Positions 44,201 to 58,800 of a stretch of 64,000 nucleotides of DNA are shown in pieces; within the stretch, counting starts at the first letter, position 1, and each line of letters starts with the position of its first letter. This stretch comes from Eledone cirrhosa. Its lineage: Eukaryota. Below the pieces are notes generated by a model. The model made no database searches and was not told the origin of the DNA. It saw only the letters and a program-made list of their open reading frames with translations. Where the stretch lies: positions 341,868,001 to 341,932,000 of the forward strand of contig OZ024742.1 in assembly GCA_964016885.1 (NCBI GenBank), given 5' to 3'. The translations under genes were made by a program, and so were the position numbers.

Positions 44201-47200
44201 TTATTAAAACCCTGTTTCAAGCTACACGGTTCATCAGTGTTCTGTCGGGAGTGTTAGCTTCATTACAATATTCATTAAAACCCTGTTTCACTCTAAACGG
44301 TACATCAGTGTTCTATCGAGAGTGTTAACTTCATTACAATATTTAGTAAAATCCTGTTTCACTCTACACGGTACATCAGTGTTCTATCGAGAGCGTTAGC
44401 TTCATTACAATATTTAGTAAAACCCTGTTTCACTCTACACGGTACATCAGTGCTCTATCGAGAGTGTTAGCTTCATTACAATATTCATTAAAACCCTGTT
44501 TCACTCTAAACGGTACATCAGTGTTCTATCGAGAGTGTTAACTTCATTACAATATTTATTACCACCCTGTTTCACGCTACACGGTACATCAGTGCTCTAT
44601 CGAGAGCGTTAGCTTCATTACAATATTTATTAAAACGCTGTTTCACTCTACACGGTACATCAGTGTTCTATCGAGAGTGTTAGCTTTATAACAATATTTA
44701 TTAAAACCCTGTTTCACTCTGCGCGGTACATCGGTGCTCTATCGGGAGTGTTAACTTCATTACAATATTTAGTAAAACCCTGTTTCACTCTACACGGTAC
44801 ATCAGTGTTCTATCGAGAGTGTTAGCTTCATTACAACATTCATTAAAACCCTGTTTCACTCTACACGGTACATCAGTGCTCTATCGAGAGTGTTAGCTTT
44901 ATAACAATATTTATTAAAACCCTGTTTCACTCTACACGGTACATCAGTGTTCTATCGAGAGCGTTAGCTTCTTTACATATTTATTAAAACCCTGTTTCAC
45001 TCTACACGGTACATCAGTGTTCTATCGAGAGTGTTAGCTTCATTACAATATTTAGTAAAACCCTGTTTCACTCTACACGATACATCAGTGTTCTATCGGG
45101 AGTGTTAGCTTCATTACAATATTTAGTAAAACGCTGTTTCACTCTACACGGTACATCAGTGTTCTATCGAGAGTGTTAGCTTCATTACAATATTTATTAA
45201 AACCCTGTTTCACTCTGCACGGTACAACAGTGTTCTATCGAGAGTGTTAGCTTCATTACAATGTTTATTAAAACGCTGTTTCACTCTACACGGTACATCA
45301 GTGTTCTATCGAGAGTGTTAGCTTCATTACAATATTTAGTAAAACCCTGTTTCACGCTACACGGTACATCAGTGTTCTATCGGGAGTGTTAGCTTCATTA
45401 CAATATTTAGTAAAACCCTGTATCACCCTACACGGTACATCAGTGTTCTATCGGGAGTGTTAGCTTCATTACAATATTTAGTAAAACCCTGTTTCACGCT
45501 ACACGGTACATCAGTGCTCTATCGAGAGTGTTAGCTTCATTACAATATTTATTAAAACCCTGTTTCACTCTACACGGTATATCACTGTTCTATCGAGAGT
45601 TTTAGCTTCATTACAATATTTAGTACAACCCTGTTTCACTCTACACGGTACATCAGTGCTCTATCGAGAGCGTTAGCTTCTTTACAATATTTATTAAAAC
45701 CCTGTTTCACTCTACACGGTACATCAGTGTTCTATCGAGAGTGTTAGCTTCATTACAGTATTATGTAAAACCCTGTTTCACTCTACTCGATACATCAGTG
45801 TTCTATCGAGAGTGTAGCTTCATTACAATATTTATTAAAACCCTGTTTCACTCTACACGGTACATCAGTGCTCTATTGAGAGTGTTAGCTTCATTACAAT
45901 TTTTATTAAAACCCTGTTTCAAGCTACACGGTTCATCAGTGTTCTGTCGGGAGTGTTAGCCTCATTACAATATTTAGTAAAACCCTGTTTCACTCTACAC
46001 GGTACATCAGTGTTCTATCGGGAGTGTTAGCTTCATTACGATATTTAGTAAAACCCTGTTTCACTCTACACGGTACGTCAGTGTTCTATCGAGAGTGTTA
46101 GCTTCATTACAATATTTATTAAAACCCTGTTTCACTCTACACGGTACATCAGTGTTCTATCGAGAGTGTTAGCTTTATAACAATATTTATTAAAACCCTG
46201 TTTCACTCTACGCGGTACATCGGTGCTCTATCGGGAGTGTTTGCTTCATTACAATATTTAGTAAAACCCTGTTTCACTCTACACGGTACACCAGTCTTCT
46301 ATGGGGAGTGTTAACATCATTACAATATTTATTAAAACCCTGTTTCACTCTACACGGTACATCAGTGTTCTATAGAGTGTGTTAGCTTCATTACAATATT
46401 TAGTAAAACCCTGTTTCACTATACACGGTACACCAGTGTTCTATGGAGAGTGTTAACTTCATTACAATATTTATTAAAACCCTGTTTCACTCTACACGGT
46501 ACACCAGTGTTCTATCGAGAGTGTTAGCTTCATTACAATATTTATTAAAACCCTGTTTCACTCTACACGGTACACCAGTGCTCTATCGAGAGTGTTAGCT
46601 TCATTACAATATTTTGTAAAACCCTGTTTCACTCTACACGGTACATCAGTGTTCTATCGAGAGTGTTAGCTTCATTACAATATTTAGTAAAACCCTGTTT
46701 CACTCTACACGGTACACCAGTGCTCTATCGGGAGTGTTAGCTTCATTACAATATTTAGTAAAACCCTGTTTCACTCTACACGGTACGTCAGTGTTCTATC
46801 GAGAGTGTTAGCTTCATTACAATATTTAGTAAAACCCTGTTTCACTCTACACGGTACATCAGTGTTCTATCGAGAGTGTTAGCTTCATTACAATATTTAG
46901 TAAAACCCTGTTTCACGCTACACGGTACATCAGTGTTCTATCGGGAGTGTTAGCTTCATTACAATATTTAGTAAAACCCTCTATCACCCTACACGGTACA
47001 TCAGTGTTCTATCGGGAGTGTTAGCTTCATTACAATATTTAGTAAAAACCTGTTTCACGCTACACGGTACATCAGTGCTCTATCGAGAGTGTTAGCTTCA
47101 TTACAATATTTAGTAAAACCCTGTTTCCCGCTACGCGGTACACCAGTGTTCTATCGTGAGTGTTAGCTTCATTACAATATTTAGTAAAACACTGTATCAC

Positions 47201-50200
47201 CCTACACGGTACATCAGTGTTCTATCGGGAGTGTTAGCTTCATTACAATATTTAGTAAAACCCTGTTTCACGCTACACGGTACATCAGTGCTCTATCGAG
47301 AGTGTTAGCTTCATTACAATATTTAGTAAAACCCTGTTTCACGCTACACGGTACATCAGTGCTCTATTGAGAGTGTTAGCTTCATTACAATATTTATTAA
47401 AACCCTGTTTCACTCTACACGGTACATCACTGTTCTATCGAGAGTTTTAGCTTCAGTACAATATTTAGTAAAACCCTGTTTCACTCTACACGGTACATCA
47501 GTGCTCTATCAAGAGTGTTAGCTTCATTACAATATTCATTAAAACCCTGTTTCACTCTAAACGGTACATCAGTGCTCTATCGAGAGTGTTAGCTTTATAA
47601 CAATATTTATTAAAACCCTGTTTCACTCTACACGGTACATCAGTGCTCTATCGAGAGCGTTAGCTTCTCTACAATATTTATTAAAACCCTGTTTCACTCT
47701 ACACGGTACATCAGTGTTCTGTCGAGAGTGTTAGTTTCATTACAGTATTTAGTAAAAGCCTGTTTCACTCTGCTCGATACATCAGTGTTCTATCGAGAGT
47801 GTAGCTTCATTACAATATTTATTAAAACCCTGTTTCACTCTACACGGTACATCAGTGCTCTATCGAGAGTGTAGCTTCATTACAATTTTTATTAAAACCC
47901 TGTTTCAAGCTACACGGTTCATCAGTGTTCTGTCGGGAGTGTTAGCTTCATTACAATATTTAGTAAAATCCTGTTTCACTCTACACGGTACATCAGTGTT
48001 CTATCGGGAGTGTTAGCTTCATTACGATATTTAGTAAAACCCTGTTTCACTCTACACGGTACATCAGTGTTCTATCGAGAGTGTTAACTTCATTACAATA
48101 TTTATTAACACCCTGTTTCACGCTACACGGTACATCAGTGCTCTATCGAGAGCGTTAGCTTCATTACAATATTTATTAAAACCCTGTTTCACTCTACACG
48201 GTACATCAGTGTTCTATCGAGAGTGTTAGCTTTATAACAATATTTATTAAAACCCTGTTTCACTCTACGCGGTACATCGGTGCTCTATCGGGAGTGTTAA
48301 CTTCATTACAATATTTAGTAAAACCCTGTTTCACTCTACACGGTACATCAGTGTTCTATCGAGAGTGTTAGCTTCATTACAATATTCATTAAAACCCTGT
48401 TTCACTCTACACGGTACATCAGTGCTCTATCGAGAGTGTTAGCTTTATAACAATATTTATTAAAACCCTGTTTCACTCTACACGGTACATCAGTGCTCTA
48501 TCGAGAGCGTTAGCTTCTTTACAATATTTATTAAAACCCTGTTTCACTCTGCACGGTACAACAGTGTTCTATCGAGAGTGTTAGCTTCATTACAATATTT
48601 ATTAAAACCCTGTATCACCCTACACGGTACATCAGTGTTCTATCGGGAGTGTTAGCTTCATTACAATATTTAGTAAAACCCTGTTTCACGCTACACGGTA
48701 CATCAGTGCTCTATCGAGAGTGTTAGCTTCATTACAATATTTAGTAAAACCCTGTTTCACGCTACACGGTACATCAGTGCTCTATCAAGAGTGTTAGCTT
48801 CATTACAATATTTATTAAAACCCTGTTTCACTCTACACGGTATATCAGTGCTCTATCGAGAGTGTTAGCTTCATTACAATATTCATTAAAACCCTGTTTC
48901 ACTCTACACGGTACATCGGTGCTCTATCGGGAGTGTTTGCTTCATTACAATATTTAATAAAACCCTGTTTCACTCTACACGGTACACCAGTCTTCTATGG
49001 GGAGTGTTAACATCATTACAATATTTATTAAAACCCTGTTTCACTCTACACGGTACATCAGTGTTCTATAGAGTGTGTTAGCTTCATTACAATATTTAGT
49101 AAAACCCTGTTTCACTATACACGGTACACCAGTGTTCTATGGAGAGTGTTAACTTCATTACAATATTTATTAAAACCCTGTTTCACTCTACACGGTACAC
49201 CAGTGTTCTATCGAGAGTGTTAGCTTCATTACAATATTTATTAAAACCCTGTTTCACTCTACACGGTACACCAGTGCTCTATCGGGAGTGTTAGCTTCAT
49301 TACAATATTTAGTAAAACCCTGTTTCACTCTACACGGTACATCAGTGTTCTATCGAGAGTGTTAGCTTCATTACAATATTTAGTAAAACCCTGTTTCACG
49401 CTACACGGTACATCAGTGTTCTATCGGGAGTGTTAGCTTCATTACAATATTTAGTAAAACCCTCTATCACCCTACACGGTACATCAGTGTTCTATCGGGA
49501 GTGTTAGCTTCATTACAATATTTAGTAAAAACCTGTCTCACGCTACACGGTACATCAGTGCTCTATCGAGTGTGTTAGCTTCATTACAATATTTAGTAAA
49601 ACCCTGTTTCACGCTACACGGTACATCAGTGCTCTATCGAGAGTGTTAGCTTCATTACAATATTTATAAAAACCCTGTTTCACTCTACACGGTACATCGC
49701 TGTTCTATCGAGAGTTTTAGCTTCATTACAATATTTAGTAAAACCCTGTTTCATTCTACACGGTACATCAGTGCTCTATCGAGAGTGTTAGCTTCATTAC
49801 AATATTCATTAAAACCCTGTTTCACTCTAAACGGTACATCAGTGCTCTATCGAGAGTGTTAGCTTTATAACAATATTTATTAAAACCCTGTTTCACTCTA
49901 CACGGTACATCAGTGCTCTATCGAGAGCGTTAGCTTCTTTACAATATTTATTAAAACCCTGTTTCCCTCTACACGGTACATCAGTGTTATTTCGAGAGTA
50001 TTAGTTTCATTACAGTATTTATTAAAAGCCTGTTTCACTCTACTCGATATATCAGTGTTCTATCGAGAGTGTAGCTTCATTACAATATTTATTAAAACCC
50101 TGTTTCACTCTACACGGTACATCAGTGCCCTATCGAGAGTGTAGCTTCATTACAATTTTTATTAAAACCCTGTTTCAAGCTACACGGTTCATCAGTGTTC

Positions 50201-52750
50201 TGTCGGGAGTGTTAGCTTCATTACAATATTTAGTAAAATCCTGTTTCACTCTACACGGTACATCAGTGCTCCATCGAGAGTGTTAGCTTCATTACAATAT
50301 TCATTAAAACCCTGTTTCACTCTAAACGGTACATCAGTGTTCTATCGAGAGTGTTAACTTCATTACAATATTTATTAACACCCTGTTTCACGCTACACGG
50401 TACATCAGTGCTCTATCGAGAGCGTTAGCTTCATTACAATATTTATTAAAACGCTGTTTCACTCTACACGGTACATCAGTGTTCTATCGAGAGTGTTAGC
50501 TTTATAACAATATTTATTAAAACCCTGTTTCACTCTGCGCGGTACATCGGTGCTCTATCGGGAGTGTTAACTTCATTACAATATTTAGTAAAACCCTGTT
50601 TCACTCTACACGGTACATCAGTGTTCTATCGAGAGTGTTAGCTTCATTACAACATTCATTAAAACCCTGTTTCACTCTACACGGTACATCAGTGCTCTAT
50701 CGAGAGTGTTAGCTTCATAACAATATTTATTAAAACCCTGTTTCACTCTACACGGTACATCAGTGCTCTATCGAGAGCGTTAGCTTCTTTACATATTTAT
50801 TAAAACCCTGTTTCACTCTACACGGTACATCAGTGTTCTATCGAGAGTGTTAGCTTCATTACAATATTTAGTAAAACCCTGTTTCACTCTACACGATACA
50901 TCAGTGTTCTATCGGGAGTGTTAGCTTCATTACAATATTTAGTAAAACGCTGTTTCACTCTACACGGTACATCAGTGTTCTATCGAGAGTGTTAGCTTCA
51001 TTACAATATTTATTAAAACCCTGTTTCACTCTGCACGGTACAACAGTGTTCTATCGAGAGTGTTAGCTTCATTACAATGTTTATTAAAACGCTGTTTCAC
51101 TCTACACGGTACATCAGTGTTCTATCGAGAGTGTTAGCTTCATTACAATATTTAGTAAAACCCTGTTTCACGCTACACGGTACATCAGTGTTCTATCGGG
51201 AGTGTTAGCTTCATTACAAGATTTAGTAAAATCCTGTATCACCCTACACGGTACATCAGTGTTCTATCGGGAGTGTTAGCTTCATTACAATATTTAGTAA
51301 AACCCTGTTTCACGCTACACGGTACATCAGTGTTCTATCGAGAGTGTTAGCTTCATTACAATATTTATTAAAACCCTGTTTCACTCTACACGGTATATCA
51401 CTGTTCTATCGAGAGTTTTAGCTTCATTACAATATTTAGTACAACCCTGTTTCACTCTACACGGTACATCAGTGCTCTATCGAGAGCGTTAGCTTCTTTA
51501 CAATATTTATTAAAACCCTGTTTCACTCTACACGGTACATCAGTGTTCTATCGAGAGTGTTAGCTTCATTACAGTATTATGTAAAACCCTGTTTCACTCT
51601 ACTCGATACATCAGTGTTCTATCGAGAGTTTAGCTTCATTACAATATTTATTAAAACCCTGTTTCACTCTACACGGTACATCAGTGCTCTATTGAGAGTG
51701 TTAGCTTCATTACAATTTTTATTAAAACCCTGTTTCAAGCTACACGGTTCATCAGTGTTCTGTCGGGAGTGTTAGCCTCATTACAATATTTAGTAAAACC
51801 CTGTTTCACTCTACACGGTACATCAGTGTTCTATCGGGAGTGTTAGCTTCATTACGATATTTAGTAAAACCCTGTTTCACTCTACACGGTACGTCAGTGT
51901 TCTATCGAGAGTGTTAGCTTCATTACAATATTTATTAAAACCCTGTTTCACTCTACACGGTACATCAGTGTTCTATCGAGAGTGTTAGCTTTATAACAAT
52001 ATTTATTAAAACCCTGTTTCACTCTACGCGGTACATCGGTGCTCTATCGGGAGTGTTTGCTTCATTACAATATTTAGTAAAACCCTGTTTCACTCTACAC
52101 GGTACACCAGTCTTCTATGGGGAGTGTTAACATCATTACAATATTTATTAAAACCCTGTTTCACTCTACACGGTACATCAGTGTTCTATAGAGTGTGTTA
52201 GCTTCATTACAATATTTAGTAAAACCCTGTTTCACTATACACGGTACACCAGTGTTCTATGGAGAGTGTTAACTTCATTACAATATTTATTAAAACCCTG
52301 TTTCACTCTACACGGTACACCAGTGTTCTATCGAGAGTGTTAGCTTCATTACAATATTTATTAAAACCCTGTTTCACTCTACACGGTACACCAGTGCTCT
52401 ATCGAGAGTGTTAGCTTCATTACAATATTTTGTAAAACCCTGTTTCACTCTACACGGTACATCAGTGTTCTATCGAGAGTGTTAGCTTCATTACAATATT
52501 TAGTAAAACACTGTTTCACTCTACACGGTACACCAGTGCTCTATCGGGAGTGTTAGCTTCATTACAATATTTAGTAAAACCCTGTTTCACTCTACACGGT
52601 ACGTCAGTGTTCTATCGAGAGTGTTAGCTTCATTACAATATTTAGTAAAACCCTGTTTCACTCTACACGGTACATCAGTGTTCTATCGAGAGTGTTAGAT
52701 TCATTACAATATTTAGTAAAACCCTGTTTCACGCTACACGGTACATCAGT
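40850..52750. repeat. Tandem duplication of a ~6-kb block (82-85 monomers)
   Basis: Paired rare markers: CTGCTCGATA 41741/47770 (+6029), cccgctacgc 41098/47127 (+6029), ATTTAATAAA 42994/48952 (+5958), and 'QYYVK' ORFs 45741/51557 (+5816). Confidence 0.9.
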
Positions 52751-52899
52751 GTTCTATCGAGAGTGTTAGCTTCATTACAATATTTAGTAAAACCCTGTTT
52801 CACTCTACACGGTACATTAGTACTCTATCGAGAGTGTTAGCTTCATAACAATATTTATTAAAACCCTGTTTTACTCTACACGGTACATCAGTGTTCTAT

Positions 52900-55800
52900 C
52901 GAGTGTGTTAGCTTCATTACAATATTTAGTAAAACCCTGTTTCACTCTACACGATACATCAGTGCTCTATCGAGAGTGTAGCTTCATTACAATATTTATT
53001 AAAACCCTGTTTTACTCTACACAGTACATCAGTGCTCTATCGAGAGTGTTATCTTCATTACAATATTTATTAAAACCCTGTTTCAATCTACACGGTACAT
53101 CAGTGTTCTATCTGGAGTGTTAGCTTCATTACAATATTTAGTAAAACGCTGTTTCACTCTACACGGTACATCAGTGTTCTATCGAGAGTGTTAGCTTCAT
53201 TACAATATTTATTAAAACCCTGTTTCACTCTACACGGTACAACAGTGTTTTATCGAGAGTGTTCGCTTCATTACAATATTTATTAAAACGCTGTTTCACT
53301 CTACACGGTACATCAGTGTTCTATCGAGAGTGTTAGCTTCATTACAATATTTAGTAAAACCCTGTTTCACGCTACACGGTACATCAGTGTTCTATCGGGA
53401 GTGTTAGCTTCATTACAATATTTAGTAAAACCCTGTATCACCCTACACGGTACATCAGTGTTCTATCGGGAGTGTCAGCTTCATTACAATATTTAGTAAA
53501 ACCCTGTTTCACGCTACACGGTACATCAGTGCTCTATCGAGAGTGTTAGCTTCATTACAATATTTAGTAAAACCCTGTTTCACTCTACACGGTACATCAC
53601 TGTTCTATCGAGAGTTTTAGCTTCATTACAATATTTAGTAAAACCCTGTTTCACTCTACACGGTACATCAGTGCTCTATCGAGAGTGTTAGCTTCATTAC
53701 AATATTCATTAAAACCCTGTTTCACTCTACACGGTACATCAGTGCTCTATCGTGAGTGTTAGCTTTATAACAATATTTATTAAAACCCTGTTTCACTCTA
53801 CACGGTACATCAGTGCTCTATCGAGAGCGTTAGCTTCTTTACAATATTTATTAAAACCCTGTTTCACTCTACACGGTACATCAGTGTTCTATCGAGAGTG
53901 TTAGCTTCATTACAGTATTTAGTAAAACCCTGTTTCACTCTACTCGATACATCAGTGTTCTATCGAGAGTGTAGCTTCATTACAATATTTATTAAAATCC
54001 TGTTTCACTCTACACGGTACATCAGTGCTCTATTGAGAGTGTAAGCTTCATTACAATTTTTATTACAACCCTGTTTCAAGCTAAACGGTTCATCAGTGTT
54101 CTGTCGGGAGTGTTAGCTTCATTACAATATTTAGTAAAACCCTGTTTCACTCTACACGGTACATCAGTGTTCTATCGGGAGTGTTAGCTTCATTACGATA
54201 TTTAGTAAAACCCTGTTTCACTCTACACGGTACATCAGTGTTCTATCGAGAGTGTTAACTTCATTACAATATTTATTAACACCCTGTTTCACGCTACACG
54301 GTACATCAGTGCTCTATCGAGAGTGTTAGCTTCATTACAATATTTAGTAAAACCCTGTTTCACTATACACGGTACACCAGTGTTCTATGGAGAGTGTTAA
54401 CTTCATTACAATATTTATTAAAACCCTGTTTCACTCTACACGGTACACCAGTGTTCTATCGAGAGTGTTAGCTTCATTACAATATTTATTAAAACCCTGT
54501 TTCACTCTACACGGTACACCAGTGCTCTATCGGGAGTGTTAGCTTCATTACAATATTTAGTAAAACCCTGTTTCACTCTACACGGTACATCAGTGTTCTA
54601 TCGAGAGTGTTAGCTTCATTACAATATTTAGTAAAACCCTGTTTCACTCTACACGGTACACCAGTGCTCTATCGGGAGTGTTAGCTTCATTACAATAATT
54701 AGTAAAACCTTGTTTCACTCTACACGGTACGTCAGTGTTCTATCGAGAGTGTTAGCTTCATTACAATATTTAGTAAAACCCTGTTTCACTCTACACGGTA
54801 CATCAGTGTTCTATCGAGAGTGTTAGATTCATTACAATATTTAGTAAAACCCTGTTTCACTCTACACGGTACATCAGTGTTCTATCGAGAGTGTTAGCTT
54901 CATTACAATATTTAGTAAAACCCTGTTTCACTCTACACGGTACATTAGTACTCTATCGAGAGTGTTAGCTTTATAACAATATTTATTAAAACCCTGTTTC
55001 ACTCTACACGGTACATCAGTGCTCTATCGAGAGTGTTAGCTTTATAACAATATTTATTAAAACCCTGTTTCACTCTACACGGTACATCACTGTTCTATCG
55101 AGTGTGTTAGCTTCATTACAATATTCATTAAAACCCTGTTTCACACTACACGGTACATCGGTGCTCTATCGAGAGTGTTAGCTTTATAACAATATTTATT
55201 AAAACCCTGTTTCACTCTACACGGTACATCAGTGCTCTATCGAGAGCGTTAGCTTCTTTACAATATTTATTAAAACCCTGTTTCACTCTACACGGTACAT
55301 CAGTGTTCTATCGAGAGTGTTAGCTTCATTACAATATTTAGTAAAACCCTGTTTCACTCTACACGATACATCAGTGCTCTATCGAGAGTGTAGCTTCATT
55401 ACAATATTTATTAAAACCCTGTTTTACTCTACACAGTACATCAGTGCTCTATCGAGAGTGTTATCTTCATTACAATATTTATTAAAACCCTGTTTCAATC
55501 TACACGGTACATCAGTGTTCTATCGGGAGTGTTAGCTTCATTACAATATTTAGTAAAACGCTGTTTCACTCTACACGGTACATCAGTGTTCTATCGAGAG
55601 TGTTAGCTTCATTACAATATTTATTAAAACCCTGTTTCACTCTACACGGTACAACAGTGTTTTATCGAGAGTGTTCGCTTCATTACAATATTTATTAAAA
55701 CGCTGTTTCACTCTACACGGTACATCAGTGTTCTATCGAGAGTGTTAGCTTCATTACAATATTTAGTAAAACCCTGTTTCACGCTACACGGTACATCAGT

Positions 55801-58800
55801 GTTCTATCGGGAGTGTTAGCTTCATTACAATATTTAGTAAAACCCTGTATCACCCTACACGGTACATCAGTGTTCTATCGGGAGTGTTAGCTTCATTACA
55901 ATATTTAGTAAAACCCTGTTTCACGCTACACGGTACATCAGTGCTCTATCGAGAGTGTTAGCTTCATTACAATATTTAGTAAAACCCTGTTTCACGCTAC
56001 ACGGTACATCAGTGCTTTATCGAGAGTGTTAGCTTCATTACAATATTTATTAAAACCCTGTTTCACTCTACACGGTACATCACTGTTCTATCGAGAGTTT
56101 TAGCTTCATTACAATATTTAGTAAAACCCTGTTTCACTCTACACGGTACATCAGTGCTCTATCGAGAGTGTTAGCTTCATTACAATATTCATTAAAACCC
56201 TGTTTCACTCTACACGGTACATCAGTGCTCTATCGTGAGTGTTAGCTTTATAACAATATTTATTAAAACCCTGTTTCACTCTACACGGTACATCAGTGCT
56301 CTATCGAGAGCGTTAGCTTCTTTACAATATTTATTAAAACCCTGTTTCACTCTACACGGTACATCAGTGTTCTATCGAGAGTGTTAGCTTCATTACAGTA
56401 TTTAGTAAAACCCTGTTTCACTCTACTCGATACATCAGTGTTCTATCGAGAGTGTAGCTTCATTACAATATTTATTAAAATCCTGTTTCACTCTACACGG
56501 TACATCAGTGCTCTATTGAGAGTGTAAGCTTCATTACAATTTTTATTAAAACCCTGTTTCAAGCTAAACGGTTCATCAGTGTTCTGTCGGGAGTGTTAGC
56601 TTCATTACAATATTTAGTAAAACCCTGTTTCACTCTACACGGTACATCAGTGTTCTATCGGGAGTGTTAGCTTCATTACGATATTTAGTAAAACCCTGTT
56701 TTCACTCTACACGGTACATCAGTGTTCTATCGAGAGTGTTAACTTCATTACAATATTTATTAACACCCTGTTTCACGCTACACGGTACATCAGTGCTCTA
56801 TCGAGAGTGTTAGCTTCATTACAATATTTAGTAAAACCCTGTTTCACTATACACGGTACACCAGTGTTCTATGGAGAGTGTTAACTTCATTACAATATTT
56901 ATTAAAACCCTGTTTCACTCTACACGGTACACCAGTGTTCTATCGAGAGTGTTAGCTTCATTACAATATTTATTAAAACCCTGTTTCACTCTACACGGTA
57001 CACCAGTGCTCTATCGGGAGTGTTAGCTTCATTACAATATTTAGTAAAACCCTGTTTCACTCTACACGGTACATCAGTGTTCTATCGAGAGTGTTAGCTT
57101 CATTACAATATTTAGTAAAACCCTGTTTCACTCTACACGGTACACCAGTGCTCTATCGGGAGTGTTAGCTTCATTACAATAATTAGTAAAACCTTGTTTC
57201 ACTCTACACGGTACGTCAGTGTTCTATCGAGAGTGTTAGCTTCATTACAATATTTAGTAAAACCCTGTTTCACTCTACACGGTACATCAGTGTTCTATCG
57301 AGAGTGTTAGATTCATTACAATATTTAGTAAAACCCTGTTTCACTCTACACGGTACATCAGTGTTCTATCGAGAGTGTTAGCTTCATTACAATATTTAGT
57401 AAAACCCTGTTTCACTCTACACGGTACATTAGTACTCTATCGAGAGTGTTAGCTTTATAACAATATTTATTAAAACCCTGTTTCACTCTACACGGTACAT
57501 CAGTGCTCTATCGAGAGTGTTAGCTTTATAACAATATTTATTAAAACCCTGTTTCACTCTACACGGTACATCACTGTTCTATCGAGTGTGTTAGCTTCAT
57601 TACAATATTCATTAAAACCCTGTTTCACACTACACGGTACATCGGTGCTCTATCGAGAGTGTTAGCTTTATAACAATATTTATTAAAACCCTGTTTCACT
57701 CTACACGGTACATCAGTGCTCTATCGAGAGCGTTAGCTTCTTTACAATATTTATTAAAACCCTGTTTCACTCTACACGGTACATCAGTGTTCTATCGAGA
57801 GTGTTAGCTTCATTACAATATTTAGTAAAACCCTGTTTCACTCTACACGATACATCAGTGCTCTATCGAGAGTGTAGCTTCATTACAATATTTATTAAAA
57901 CCCTGTTTTACTCTACACAGTACATCAGTGCTCTATCGAGAGTGTTATCTTCATTACAATATTTATTAAAACCCTGTTTCAATCTACACGGTACATCAGT
58001 GTTCTATCGGGAGTGTTAGCTTCATTACAATATTTAGTAAAACGCTGTTTCACTCTACACGGTACATCAGTGTTCTATCGAGAGTGTTAGCTTCATTACA
58101 ATATTTATTAAAACCCTGTTTCACTCTACACGGTACAACAGTGTTTTATCGAGAGTGTTCGCTTCATTACAATATTTATTAAAACGCTGTTTCACTCTAC
58201 ACGGTACATCAGTGTTCTATCGAGAGTGTTAGCTTCATTACAATATTTAGTAAAACCCTGTTTCACGCTACACGGTACATCAGTGTTCTATCGGGAGTGT
58301 TAGCTTCATTACAATATTTAGTAAAACCCTGTATCACCCTACACGGTACATCAGTGTTCTATCGGGAGTGTTAGCTTCATTACAATATTTAGTAAAACCC
58401 TGTTTCACGCTACACGGTACATCAGTGCTCTATCGAGAGTGTTAGCTTCATTACAATATTTAGTAAAACCCTGTTTCACGCTACACGGTACATCAGTGCT
58501 TTATCGAGAGTGTTAGCTTCATTACAATATTTATTAAAACCCTGTTTCACTCTACACGGTACATCACTGTTCTATCGAGAGTTTTAGCTTCATTACAATA
58601 TTTAGTAAAACCCTGTTTCACTCTACACGGTACATCAGTGCTCTATCGAGAGTGTTAGCTTCATTACAATATTCATTAAAACCCTGTTTCACTCTACACG
58701 GTACATCAGTGCTCTATCGTGAGTGTTAGCTTTATAACAATATTTATTAAAACCCTGTTTCACTCTACACGGTACATCAGTGCTCTATCGAGAGCGTTAG

